A program made the position numbers and the translations under genes. Below are positions 25,500-37,900 of a stretch of DNA of 64,000 bases, piece after piece; position 1 is the stretch's first letter; every line of letters begins with the position of its first letter. Under the pieces are notes generated by a model that searched no databases, had not been told where the DNA came from, and worked only from the letters and a program-made list of their open reading frames with translations. The stretch comes from Guillardia theta CCMP2712 (taxonomy: Eukaryota > Protista > Cryptophyta), in NCBI RefSeq assembly GCF_000315625.1, contig NW_005434673.1, forward strand, positions 272,270 through 336,269. Reading direction: 5' to 3'.

Positions 25500-25800
25500 A
25501 AGATATCTGCATCTGGTGATCAAACACCTGGACAAGGAGATTGAGTTGAGGGTAAGAATTGAGCTTTGCTGGTTGCAACGGGAAACGTTGAAGGCCTGAA
25601 GGTTTCGAGCGAATCCTTGGTGGGCCAAGTGAAGGAAACCATCGCGTCAGAGGTTCAGGTTCCGGCGCAAGAGCAGAGGTTGTACAGCGTACACAGGTAG
25701 GACTTTGTCGCAGTTCATGCTCGAGATGAACTTGCTCTTATTCAGTGGCATCGAACTGCATGATCTCAGAAGATTGGGAAGCTACAGCTGGATGCTCCCG
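25500..25800 (+). CDS. Ubiquitin-like domain exons of a larger, poorly defined gene
   Basis: Spliced reading LHLVIKHLDKEIELR|VSSESLVGQVKETIASEVQVPAQEQR|LLFSGIELHDLRRLGSY matches the ubiquitin-fold pattern. Confidence 0.65.
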
Positions 25801-26850
25801 AAGCCAATGGTGATGTTATCATTGGTACCACAAGAAATTGGTTTTCGTGATTGCAAATTCAAACAAGGTCGTTCTGAAAAGGATCTTTCAGCAAGGAACC
25901 GAAGATGTCAATGTCCTATTGTATTCTTGTATCCGATGGTAGCGTTAACACTCTGAAGCAGCTGAAAGACATTTTGAGGTCAAAACCATCACACGCAAAT
26001 TTGCAGCAACATGTAAGAGCTCTGCTGTATTGTGTACCCTCATTCCCTGCAAAGCTGCAGGAGGTCGAGAATGCCTTCTCAATCTTCACCGAAGAGATGT
26101 ACCTGAGGGTTCGTTGCTGCTGCCACAAGCAGGTCCTGATGTGAGGTGGAAGGATCGAAAGCTGGACTGGTGCTCGAGGTTGAGGGGAAAACAGAGCTTT
26201 GAAAAGAAGCTTCCAGAGGGTAGGAGATAGTTCGTTGCAAGGGCTGCAACTGACGCTACCGTGCCGGAGAAGATGCAAATCGCCCAACAGATTGCAAGAC
26301 GGGCAGCAAGAACGACTGCAAGGAGAGCACGATGTACGCTGCTCCGCGTCGGACGGATGAAACTCAGAGAGGTTGTGGGGATGAAACTGGCTTGTGAGTT
26401 GAAAGTCTTTGCGATCGAGCAGAGGCTGCTAGAGAGAGGATGAGTGAATCAGGAGACTGCAGGTGCGAGGAGCGTTGTCCATACTACCTCCGATCGTTAG
26501 ACCTGCAAGCTCAGGTCCGGACATTTTCTTTCGTCCAGCTTCATTCTGGGTTGACGTCCTGCAGCTTGCAGAGGAGAAGGCAATCACAGCAAGACTGCGA
26601 TATGAGATTGAAGGTGTGAGATCCAAGACTTTTTGCATGTCGGGGACTGACAAGTGAAGCAGTGGAGAAACAAAAAAGTCGAGAACTACAAGATAATCTT
26701 CGCTTGATGAAGAATCAACCAAATGCTTGAAACTACTTGAAAATCTACAGAATACAACCAAGATGATTGCAAATGTGTTATCAGAACATGCAACCTCTCG
26801 GGGCGCAATGAAACTGACAAGGATCATTACCACAAGGCTACAACCTCCTC

Positions 26851-29800
26851 CTATCCTGAAGGAGATCGGCACTGCTGCTCTTCCAAGGTCGTCTGACGGT
26901 AGAGCTCGGCAGCTCGCTTCTGCACATGTTGCTTGAGGACGATAAAGTCACCCATGCTCAAGTTGTCGACGAACTGTTTGAGCCTCGTGCTAACGTCCAG
27001 CTCACCATCACTAACGCACATTCTGTCGAGAGGGCCGCATGTGGACCTTACCTGCTCCTCGAAGTGTGGCGGTGGGGAGCAAGAGGCTTCTATGCTTGGA
27101 GGGTAGGAACTCTCTGCCTCCTCCCTGCTATGGGCGATTCCGTGAATGCTCACTCCCTCTCCTCCTACGAGAGTCTCCTCGCTAGGCTGAGGCGGGCTTG
27201 AAGAAAGAGGGGATGCCAACAAGTCCTTATCACTGTCCGTTACCTGAACTTGTCCTTCCACCTTGTCTCCGTGCTGATCAGTCGCCTGAGCCCGCAAAGC
27301 CCGCTCCATCCTTCTCCTCTCCCTTCCTGTTTGAATCCCCGAAGAAGGAGGGTGCGCGCGAGAGCACGGCGAGTGTGCCGAGCCAGTCTCCAATCGACTC
27401 GTTGGCGTACAACCAGGAGAAACAGAGGGGGGTGAAGGTACGAGTTCGAGTTCTGTTCCTGCCCCGTTCGGTTCGCAGCTCGCAGCTCTGCTTCGCTTCC
27501 TACTGTCAGTCTTCTGCTGCTCACGGAACCCCTTCTCCGGTGATTCACCATGGAGCTCCTGTCCTTGCTTGCAATCAGAGTCCAACTCCTTCCGAGCATC
27601 TGCTACTGTCGGAAGCGACAGAGTTTCCTGGCCTCCGCTCGACTTCCTCGGCTTCTGGCTTGTAACACCTTTCTTGCTGTTGGCCAGGAGGGCGAGGAGC
27701 GACTTGACGGTCCGAACTTGTTTGAGAGGTCCTTTACATCGTTCAACGACATTCTTATCCTTGATCAGCTCCATAGAGATCGCCTGACCTCTCCCCTTGA
27801 CTCTGCCCTGCAGCATCGAGGACACGGCTGTCCTGAGTCCGGCCATGCTTCTGAACCTCGCGTAAAAATGCGGATCCTCCTCCTCGAAGAGCATCCAGTA
27901 TACGTGATTGTTTGGAGCCTGCCGCATCAGCAGGTCGACGCCATGAGGAAGTGCATCAGGCGCTCCGAATCGCTGCAGGGCGTCGATCAACTGCAGCCCC
28001 AGCAAGGTTGGCGGACTTCTTATCGGGTCAACGGTGCCGACGAAGAGCGGGGCAGTATGTCGAGGGAGGGCAAACGACTTACAGGGTGCTCTCGCTTGTT
28101 CACCCTTGCTCTTCGAGGCGTTGGAAGGATTGCTCGGCCTCTTGGAGGGGCTCATGGTGGTGCACTCCCAGCAGGAGGAATTGAACTCGCTCCTACCTCG
28201 AGGAGACTCTTGCTTGCAGATGCTGGTCCTTCCAGCTGATCCCTTCAGCTCTTTGATCATCTCCCTGTGCTTGCATGCACAGGAGGCGCAGTGCATGGGA
28301 TTCTCGACGCTGACCAGGTCGGGGAAGACGTTGGCGACGAGTAGAGGAATCGGGGCGTGATCGATGGCGCTCATCATCCTATCGGGAGAACCCGAGAAAT
28401 CAGTCTCAACGTCATGAAGAGCTTGGAGGAGGAGGAGGAAATGCCATGGCTCGCTGGCAGAGCTCTGCTCGCAGGAAGGCAGTATGTTCCTGCGGGAGGA
28501 AGGAGCGATCAGATATCAGGAGGGGTCAGCAAGACACCTCACCATGCGATGCTCAGCGAGGGCTCTTGGTTGAGAAACTCATGCGGCATGCCAGCTGGGA
28601 TGACGTAAGCGTCGCCTGCGCTGATCTCAAAAGTTCCCCATCGCACGTGCGACATTGTCCACAGGTCCTTGAGTGAGCAGGATTCCTCTTCACCGCTGAA
28701 GGATCGATCGACAGGATCGTTGGTGAGGAAGCTGGACCCTCCTGGCTTTGCGTAGGACTTGAAGCCTGCAATCTTGAGCGCCAACGAGGCGTCGCACGCC
28801 TCGACTGCAGTAACAAGTTTCTTGCCGCACTTGAGGCCGCCAATAGCGACCAGCGAGCCCATCCCATCAAGATGCATCGTGCTCCCTCCCAGCCCGTCCT
28901 TCTTGTCTCCCCGGTATCGGACTCTCCTCTTAGACATCAGAGGCTCGAACTGACATTCTTGGTTACTCAACGCGTCCTTCGCTGCTGCTTCACAACTTCC
29001 TCTCATCTTGTCCCCGCCAAACAGGTATGGACCGTACTGCATGGACTGCTCGCTGTCCAGACTGTCCCGCAGCAGGCTTGCCCTCCCCCAAGGCAAGAAC
29101 TTGGAGAAAACATCGTGAGTGTTGAGAAACAGCATGTCGTCTTGATATAACATTATGTTCTTGCAAGTGAACGTCCCGAGAGCCCCACTCCATGCACATT
29201 CGAAGTTAGATAGTCCCTTCTCATAGGACCTCATCGCGCTGAGGTAGCTTCCCAGCTCAGTGCAGAGCTCGCCCTTGCGGTCTCTCCCCGACAGTTGCGC
29301 GACAAACGATGAACGGTCAGAAAGCCATTTGTCCATGTTCGTCTTGAGGACCTCGAACGCTCCCTCCATAATCAGGAAGACTCGATGCTCCATGGCAGCG
29401 TTGATCGCCGACTCTAGCTCCGAGCTCGTCATCGCCATCATCTGCTTGAAGCTGATCCTGCACAAGTTGAAGTTCGAGCCCGCAAGCGGGGAGACCAGGA
29501 ACGGCCGTAGGATCTCTGGGCATTCGACCCGTTGATCAGGGTTGCGGTAGCGCAGAGGCATCCTGGGCAATCGAGTCTGAGGGTTGTTACCGATGATGGA
29601 GCTGTGGAGGAGGAGAGGAATCGTTGAGAACGACTCGTCCCACCTGCACTGAAGGCCAGCCAACACCTTCCAGTAAGCAGGGCATGCCTTGAACATACTT
29701 CTGAACCGAGAGCATACACGCGACAACAAGAATGCAGACAAGACGTCAACGTCTCTCCATACGTTCACCAACACCTCGAGCACGTCCACTGCTGGTATGG

Positions 29801-29852
29801 TGCCAGCGCCAGAGGGACATGCACAGGAAGTTGACGAACTTGGTTGCGCCAT
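26851..29852 (-). CDS. F-box-like plus JmjC/cupin dioxygenase with a long C-terminal extension
   Basis: N-terminal IPAVDVLEVLVNVWRDVDVLSAFLLSRVCSRFR is F-box-like. An HxD...H triad is present (MHLDG...AGDAYVIPAGMPHEFLN). A 53-nt GT-AG intron (28490-28542) gives SIAW|NILP and runs in frame into the 508-aa ORF. Confidence 0.72.
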
Positions 29853-30288
29853 GTAGCTCAAGAGCAGGATCGTGCTACAGGATCATCCCTGGTCTAAGGC
29901 TCCGTGGCATCGAGCAAGTGCAGGGATGTACCGCCCCTGCAGAGATGGTAGGTCAGACAGATGCTGGAGGGAGAGGGAGAACTGGGGAAGATAGACGGAG
30001 GAGAAGGGGAGAGGAAATGCTGAAGAAGACTTGCGGGGCGTTCAGGAACGCGGCAAGGCAGACTAACTCAGGAGGAAGAGGGAGGGACGAGAGAGGATCG
30101 GGCAGAAGAACAAAATCTGGCACAGAGAGGGCGAGGGTAGGAAGAGCAGAGGAGGAAGGCTGGGGGAAAGGGGAGTGTGGGATGGTCGCAGTACGATCTT
30201 GTTTTTTACATAATCAAGGGACTTGGAAGGCCCGGGGTAATAGGGTACCCAGAATTATCTAGTGATGCACTTAATAAAAACTATAGGT

Positions 30289-32556
30289 TTACAGGATGTA
30301 TTCATCCCATGCTTGCGAACAAGGGAACGGTTTGTGCACTACCGGATTCCCTTGGGAGGACAGCGGGTGCGAGCAGACGACGATGCCCTTGAAGCTCTCC
30401 TGCGAGATACCATCATGCTCTGTGAGCCTCCATGCCACCGCATCGTCGAGCGGATCCTGCACCATTCGCTGTCCTTGACCCTCGGCAAGTTCGGTACACA
30501 GACCGAATACATGATCCAGGGGGTCGTCATGTGAAGGAGCGCATGAAAACTTGTTGGTATATATGATGTAGAGATGCGCATCTTTATTTCGATCTCGAAT
30601 CTTTCTTTGACATGACTTCACTGCCCTTGTCTTCGTTTCCACCGACAGATATCTCTGCATAGCTTGCTGGGGGAGAAGCGAGAATTAATGAACCGAGAAA
30701 GACGAAAGTTCCCCCCACCTTCCAACAGTTTTTCCGCCGTCTTCTTTCTGACTTCTTCCATCTCCCAGAACTGCCAAGTTGTCAATCCAGCCCGGAGGGT
30801 GGGGGCACACGACAGAGGTACCAAGAGCTCTTCCCTAGTAACTGGCTCCTCTTTCTCAATGCTGTATTGCTCCACCACGGAGCTATTCACCCCCCACAGC
30901 TCCAGCTGCACATCATGTAATTACGTAGCCAAACAAGACCAGAAGCACATCACATTCAAGTCTCGTCTGGATTGTATGAACTTCCCGGCTGCCTCGGCTT
31001 CCAAAGTGATGTTGTACCCCTTTTCCTTGTCCTTCGCAAAGAACAGGCTGTCAGTAAAGCACAGAATCATCCCCGTTGTCTCTTACCAGGGCCTTCTGGT
31101 GTTCACGGAACGCGACATGATAGCTTTCATCCATTGCCTCACGTAACTTTCGTTCCCTCTCCAAGGAAGCGTGATCACGAGGATAACAGTCTGTAGCCTG
31201 CTAGTTGTAAATACTGCAGCACAAAGTCACCCAGAGCCTTTGGGAACCTTTGAGGATCCCGGGAAAGAAGTAAAGTTGGTCGGACAGACTACAGGGATAA
31301 CTCCAGCAGGGCAATAGTATCCTTTCCTACAGGGCTGACAGACACCAGAAATAGGAAAATTCCCTTCACCACAATCTGTGTCAAAGGTTAGAGAGCTGTC
31401 CCCGCACCGATTCAATACCGTTGACCTTGTTGGCTCCGCAACCTGCTCCTGACCTGAGCCTTGTCGTATTCTCTATTACTCATATGAACCTGCTCATGCC
31501 TGCCGATTCGTCATCGTAGGAGACATGTGTGGGGGCAACATTCAAGACTGGAGAAACGGGGGTATGACAAAGGAGATGTGTAGGACAGTCGAGGATACAT
31601 ACAGTCCTGTACCGTTTGGCTATCGCTTCATTGAGGCCTGCGAAGGCTTTGTCACATCCTTTCATGCTTGCTTCCTACATCGACAAGGATTCCTCAGTAA
31701 AACATGCCAACGTGCAACAACATCCTACTTTCATAGCCCTCTCAGCAGACAACTTCTCTTCAATGTTGCATTTGCAAATTCTTGTCAGTCCCTTCCCAAC
31801 TGAATCGCATGATGGCATTGCACGGTCGGACGGACAGTTCTCTTTTCCTGATAATGTCGTACTGAAGAAATTGATTTTCAAACATAGGCCCAGTCCAAGA
31901 GCGTTACCTCACCATGAATCGAAAAAGCATTCAATTTTTCCACTTTGCTGTCGGAACAAAAGTTTGTTTGGCCACGTATGTGAGACAGGAAGCACGAGCA
32001 AAATTTGACGATCTCACCGTTGCATCCTTGGAGAAAGAAGGTTGTAGCTCGGGAAGCCACAAGACCCCTGACAAATTCTGATTGCAAGAAACTTCGGCCT
32101 GAGCCTGAATTTTGATCAGATCAGTCATGCAATCAGGCAGATTGCACAGTTGGAGAGATGTTGTACGTACAGCAGCATGCTTGGTGTCCTCTGACGACAT
32201 TCTTGCATGCTCGATGCATATTTCTCCGAACTCTACGCACACCTCCGAGCATGACTTGCCCTCATCTCCATGCAGCCATCTTGGAGCCGGAAGAATTCCC
32301 TTCAATTTCATCAATCGTGTCGAGCTCATAATGCGTCGCATGTCTGCAAAAACATCTCGCTTCACTGCAAAGTCGCGCGACCTCCTCGGAACCAGGTACC
32401 GGCGCAGCAAGTCTCAGGGATGTTGTGGGCCTTCAGGTCGATCTGGATCTTGCCATACTCGACCGAGAAGGTATCAACCTCACACAAGGAAGCCACTGAT
32501 CCCTGCAGCCACCACAGCCACACTGTCGCAGCGACCCGCCACCGGCGACTCGACAT
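30289..32556 (-). CDS. Multi-exon secreted or membrane Cys-rich protein with a GCC2/GCC3-like repeat (may be more than one gene)
   Basis: Signal peptide MSSRRWRVAATVWLWWLQGSVAS. Cys motifs GKSCSEVCVEFGEIC and CQPCRKGYYCPAGVIPVVCPTNFTSFPGS. Confidence 0.5.
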
Positions 32557-32749
32557 GCACTGGCAAGCCTTGAGGAACACCAGGGACAGAAAGGCGGAAG
32601 TCAAATTTGTCAAGGCCGGGGGGGCGTCGCTTTTGAAAGTTGAGCCTGGCGCCGTAGTAGTATAGTAGCCCCCCGGGCCCGCCGCCGCAGCGGCGGGCGC
32701 GCCCGGGCCAGGCCCGGCCGGAGCTTCCGCAGTCAGTGCGGCCTATCTT

Positions 32750-32787
32750 TTTACTCAAAGTTCAGCTAACTTGAGATCAGTACGAAC
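32750..32787. promoter_or_regulatory. Dispersed intergenic motif, copy 3
   Basis: TTTACTCAAAGTTCAGCTAACTTGAGATCAGTACGAAC. Confidence 0.5.
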
Positions 32788-34026
32788 CGTGACTGGTTGG
32801 CAGGATCACGAGTCAGGGAACTTAAAGGGGCTCCCATTCAACTTCGGCGTGACTCCCGTACGGTCCGGATCGCATCTGAGTCTGGTCACAGTCGGCAACT
32901 TGTCCGAGCCTTCACACTGAAGTGGCAGCCGGGTCGCACTGTTGCGGCCCGTGCCAACAAGAGGTTTGCTCCAACTGAGTTGCCGCCGGGCACATGACCG
33001 TGACGGTGACCCTGGTACACCGGCGGTGCCCCCGGGCCCCGTGTGTTCAACGGCCGGGCACGAGGGTGATCCCGGAATGCCGCAGGGAAGCAACCCGGTC
33101 TTCCGGGCCGCAGGCAGATGCCGCAGGGAAGCAACTGGGATCACGAGTCAGTCGGTCACCGGCGTGTCGACGGTCCGTGATTCTTCTGCTGTAAATGTGC
33201 TGACCACTGGCCCAAGTGGTCTTAGAGGCTTTATACGCCTCCCTACCAATGCCCGTTTAGTAGGATAAGGTTCGGTTGACTCTTTACCACACAAGAGCCT
33301 TGGAGGTTGGGCACCGTGTCGTCGTGCAAAACAGACAGCGTTGAAGGATAAAGTCAGCTCCTACTTGGATGCAATGAAATTTTGCTTCTAATTATCAAAT
33401 TTCTTCTCAGAGAAAATTAAATTGGATCATGGTTCGCCTCGCTTCCGTGCCTGAAGGTCACATGGGCCCAAAGAAGCCGCTGAGAGCAAGAGATACTTGA
33501 GGTCACGCACGATCTCAACCGTTGTAATTTCAGGACGGGATTACGACCCCGACACATTTCGATATCATGAAATATTTCAAATAATAGGGAAAATTTTGAA
33601 CATTGAGAGGATACCTTGAATATCCTGTGATTGTACCCATGTGATATGAATGTGAAATAACTCTTTTTGGGATTGCTATTGTGTAAGGCTGCCCTGCCAG
33701 TCACGAGGGCTCGCAACATACTCCATGGACCCCACCTCACAACATAAAACCATAGTAGTACCCCAGTGGGAACCTAGTCAGATAAAGAGCATATCAGTAG
33801 GGGTGGGGTACCCTACCCTGTGTGATCGGACGACTCCTCCGAACTAGATAAGAAGTAGTCGTGCCACTGCAAACCACTCGCTATCGCCCTCCCCTTCCCC
33901 GCTGTTCACGTCTCGCAAACAATCAGCGTGAGCCATCGCAGTCTGGATAACTGTAAGGAGTCTCGACTCCTTGCTTTCAATACACTCTAGTGAATATCGA
34001 AGCATCGAGGCCCTCCCCGCTCTATC

Positions 34027-34839
34027 ATGTCCACGACGATTTTTGCAAACTTTGAGCGAAACAATTTCAAGGTTGGAATCCCTGGTTTGGCGAACTCGAA
34101 AAGACAAGCCATTGACATGACACAAGAGCCAGCGACGTTTTCGAAGACCCCTAGCATTGAAGATACAATGAACATCCAGCATATGATGAACTCTACCTTG
34201 AAGCAAGACAACGACACTTGCCCTCTGGATGCGATTCGGGGATATATCAAGTCCCTTGGAGAGAAATCAGACCTCAAGGGCGAATTTCAACTAGATATTT
34301 CTGGTTGCTCCTTCAAATCAGAATCGTCGGTGCGAGAAACATGCTCTGACACAGTGGAGACGGGCTCCACGGGGCGTCAGGAGGACAGAGAACATGTGAT
34401 TGAGCGCGTGGCAGTGCTGCACATCGTCAACGACAAGTGGATCAAGATGCAGGTTTGTCAGGATCCTGCTCTTCCCAACTTTTGCCGGCTGCCGATGAGA
34501 AAACTCGATTCTTGCTGCTGGGATGAGATGGATTTGCCGGTGCATGAGATGGTCGAGGAGCTCTCTGGAAGAAGGTTACCAACGGACTACCAGCATTTCG
34601 ATTTCCGCAGCGGGCTGCACTTTTACGAAGATGGTGATGGAAAATCTAGCTGTGTTCCTTCCTTCACAAGAGTGGTCATACGACGAGAAGGACCTGGGCA
34701 TACCAAGGTAGATGTGATCGTACGCTCTGCAAATCTTGTTGCTCACTTTGTGAACAGGATATCAAGCTTTGCCCGGTCCAAAAAGTTTTGGATGGCTGGA
34801 AAGAACCGATTCACCTTTGCGAATTTTCGAAACGGATAG
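34027..34839 (+). CDS. Hypothetical protein, 270 aa, single exon
   Basis: Clean ATG-to-stop ORF with coding-like composition. No family recognised. Confidence 0.6.
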   Translation: MSTTIFANFERNNFKVGIPGLANSKRQAIDMTQEPATFSKTPSIEDTMNIQHMMNSTLKQDNDTCPLDAIRGYIKSLGEKSDLKGEFQLDISGCSFKSESSVRETCSDTVETGSTGRQEDREHVIERVAVLHIVNDKWIKMQVCQDPALPNFCRLPMRKLDSCCWDEMDLPVHEMVEELSGRRLPTDYQHFDFRSGLHFYEDGDGKSSCVPSFTRVVIRREGPGHTKVDVIVRSANLVAHFVNRISSFARSKKFWMAGKNRFTFANFRNG

Positions 34840-34979
34840 TACAAGAGAGCGTGAAAATGGGTCTTTTGAGGTTGTAAAGTAGGAATGAAGATCAGGAAAC
34901 GCGGAGGCCTTGACATTTCCCTCGAGCATCTCGAAGAGGAGTTCGAATCCAACCTTCCTTCTCACCTTTTCTCTTCCCC

Positions 34980-37900
34980 TCACTTGCCACGTGCAGTGAG
35001 CACCTGCTGCAGCAAATCAGCAGCTGCTGCCTTGGGATCGGGCTTGGCGAAGATGGCAGAGACAACAGCCACTCCAGAAGCTCCCGCCCTGGAACACAAC
35101 CGTCAGGAGGAGGAGGAGCCATAACGTACGAGCCTGATGGCCTCCCCGCAGTTGCTTGCGTTGAGCCCGCCGATGGCGACACATGGAATATCACAGCCCT
35201 TACACACCTACCGATCCCTTGTTAGTCAGAGTAGCGCAAAAAGAATGGCAAGCTGGGTACCTTGCTGAGGCCCTCCAAACCTATGGCTGAGCTGTCCTTA
35301 GTACTCGTCGGGTAGACAGCACCTGAGCCGATGTAGTCTGCTCCGTCCTCTTGAGCCTTGATCGCCTCTTCTCCCGTCTTGACGCTGACACCGACGATCT
35401 TGTGGGGTCCGAGGAGGCGCCTCACCTCATCACAGGGCATGTCATCCTGTCCCACATGCACGCCATCCGCGTCGCAGGCCAAGGCGATGTCGACCCGGTC
35501 GTTGACGATGAAGGGAACGTTGGCCGCCCGACAGATCGCCATGAGCTTTTTCGCCGTCTCAAGCATTTTTCTACTGTCCACGTCTTTCTGCCGCAGCTGG
35601 ATGATCGTTGCTCCTCCCTCAATTGCTTGGGAGACTGCATGCGAAAGTTCCATCCCCTGACCGGCGACACAAGAGTCATCGGTGACAGCATAGAGCGAGT
35701 AGTCGACCAAACGCCCACGGTAGATGGATTGTCCTTGTGGAATGTCTGCAGTCCTGATCGCATGCATCATGGAGTGCTGGTCGTGCCAACAGACACTCTT
35801 GTAGCTGTGATGGAGAGGTCCATGGCCGCCTCCAATCAGAAGCGACGAGCTCGCCCGGATCGCGTCCCACACGAACATCTTTGCTCTCTTCACAGCCTCC
35901 ACCATGCGCATCCCTTGCGCGAGCCCCGCAGCGATGCTGGAGGCAAGGGTGCAACCAGTCCCGTGGGTGTTCTCTGAATCAAGCTTCCAGGCAGGGAAGA
36001 CATGGCTCTCACCGGAGGAAGAGCAGTAGAGGACGTCAGGAATTATGCGGCTCCCCTCCACGTGGCCTCCCTTGATCATGACCCACTTGGGTCCCAGCTG
36101 GGCGAGCTCTCGAGCAGCATCGAGCATGTCCTCGGCTGTTCCGGAGATCGTTCTGTTAAGGAGCGCCATCGCCTCTGGCAGGTTGGGGGTGATGATGTCG
36201 GCCAGGGGGAAGAGAAGCTTCTTGATCTTGTCAATGGCCTCTGAATTGATGAGCTTGTCTCCGCTAGTCGCCACCATGACGGGGTCGACAACCCACTTCA
36301 CGATCCCCTTCCTCGCGACCGCACTTACAGCTGCTTCCACGACGCTGGCAGAGGCCAACATGCCGGTCTTGATGACGTCAGCTCCAATGTCCTCCAGACA
36401 AACTTCGATCTGCTTGCGGAGAAACGAGGGGGAAACAGGCTCTACAGCTGCCACTCCTCTCGTGTTCTGCGCCGTGAGAGCTGCGATGGCCGTCATGCTG
36501 TATGCTCCCAACGCTTGACAGGCCTTGATGTCTGCTTGAATGCCAGCACCTCCTCCACTGTCTGATCCTGCGATGATCAGAACCCTCGGAATCTTCGGAC
36601 TTGACATTGGAAAGCCAGAAAACTTGCTCTTCAATAGGAGGTTGAATTTCTCTTGGCCCTGCTGAGAGACCGTAGAAGAGGGAAAGTGGTTGAGAACCGA
36701 GAAGAAGATGCTCGCGCCGGCCTTGCAGTATTCAACACAGTCTCGCTCACTCAGCCCGTGTTCGCTCGGTGCGATCTGCTCCACCTCTTTCGCCAGCTCG
36801 TCCTGAAAGCTCAGAATACCCTTGAAGGAGTCCAAAGTCGTCGACTGCAACTTGTTTGAAGCAGAGTTCTCTTGCAGGAAGTTGCAGAAAGATATGAAAG
36901 TGTGGGTGAACGAAGCGAGGATGAGGGAAGCAGCATACTTGGAGTAAGCTCTTGTGCTGTCTACCAACTCTCTCCATGAAGGGATCATGCGGAGCCAGTG
37001 CGTGCGATCAGAATCCGATAGAAGTCCATGATCCTGAAATGACGGAGTTCGGTTCACAATGCTTCCCGCAGCCCTCATTAAGGTCTCAAGTTCCTTCTCA
37101 ACATTCTCGTTGAACAGGAGACACGCCATCATGCGGTGAGATAGACACCTCTGAATCTCGCTCTGTGACGACGCCAGGAGTTGGCTCAAAGGCAAATGGA
37201 GCTTCTCAGTCTTTGTGACGTCTTCGATCCTGTAAACTTTCATCTTCGAGTTTCTGTCCAGGTAAGGCGCTTCCATTTCGTAGAGATTCTCTATCATCTT
37301 CACCCTGAGAACTCCAGGATTTCGAGCATGACAAACCTCAGCAGAAACGCCGAGGAGGACAAAGGCCGCGCAAGTCGCTTCCAGCACACAGGACGGTTCG
37401 CTCGCCACACAAGACGCCACAAGAGCCGAGAGCGAGCAACCAACTCCCGTGATCTTCGTCATCAGAGCATCTCCATTGTGAACCTCGACAACGATCTTCC
37501 CGTCTGTGATGCGATCAACGCTTCCGCTGATAGCAACGACACATTCCTGACGCCGAGCCAGTGCGATCGCAGCAGGTAAAGCCTCATCCGTGGTATCGGT
37601 AGCGTCAGCTCCTCTTCCGAACGACTTTCTCTCTTCACTCTTTGTGCATGCCATGGACAGCGCGAGGATCTCGCTGGCGTTTCCTCGGATCACCGTAGGC
37701 TTGTAGTCCAGCGCCCTGACGCAGTTGTTTGTCCTGAAGGTCGTACTCCCACAGGCGACAGGGTCCAGCACCCATGGCTTGCGAAGATCCCGTGCGAACT
37801 TCATGGCTGCCTCTACCTCCACCACTCTTGCAGGAGTAAGGCTGCCCATGTTGACTGCCGCGGCATCTGCCTTCTTCATGAATTCCGCCGTTTCCTCTGC

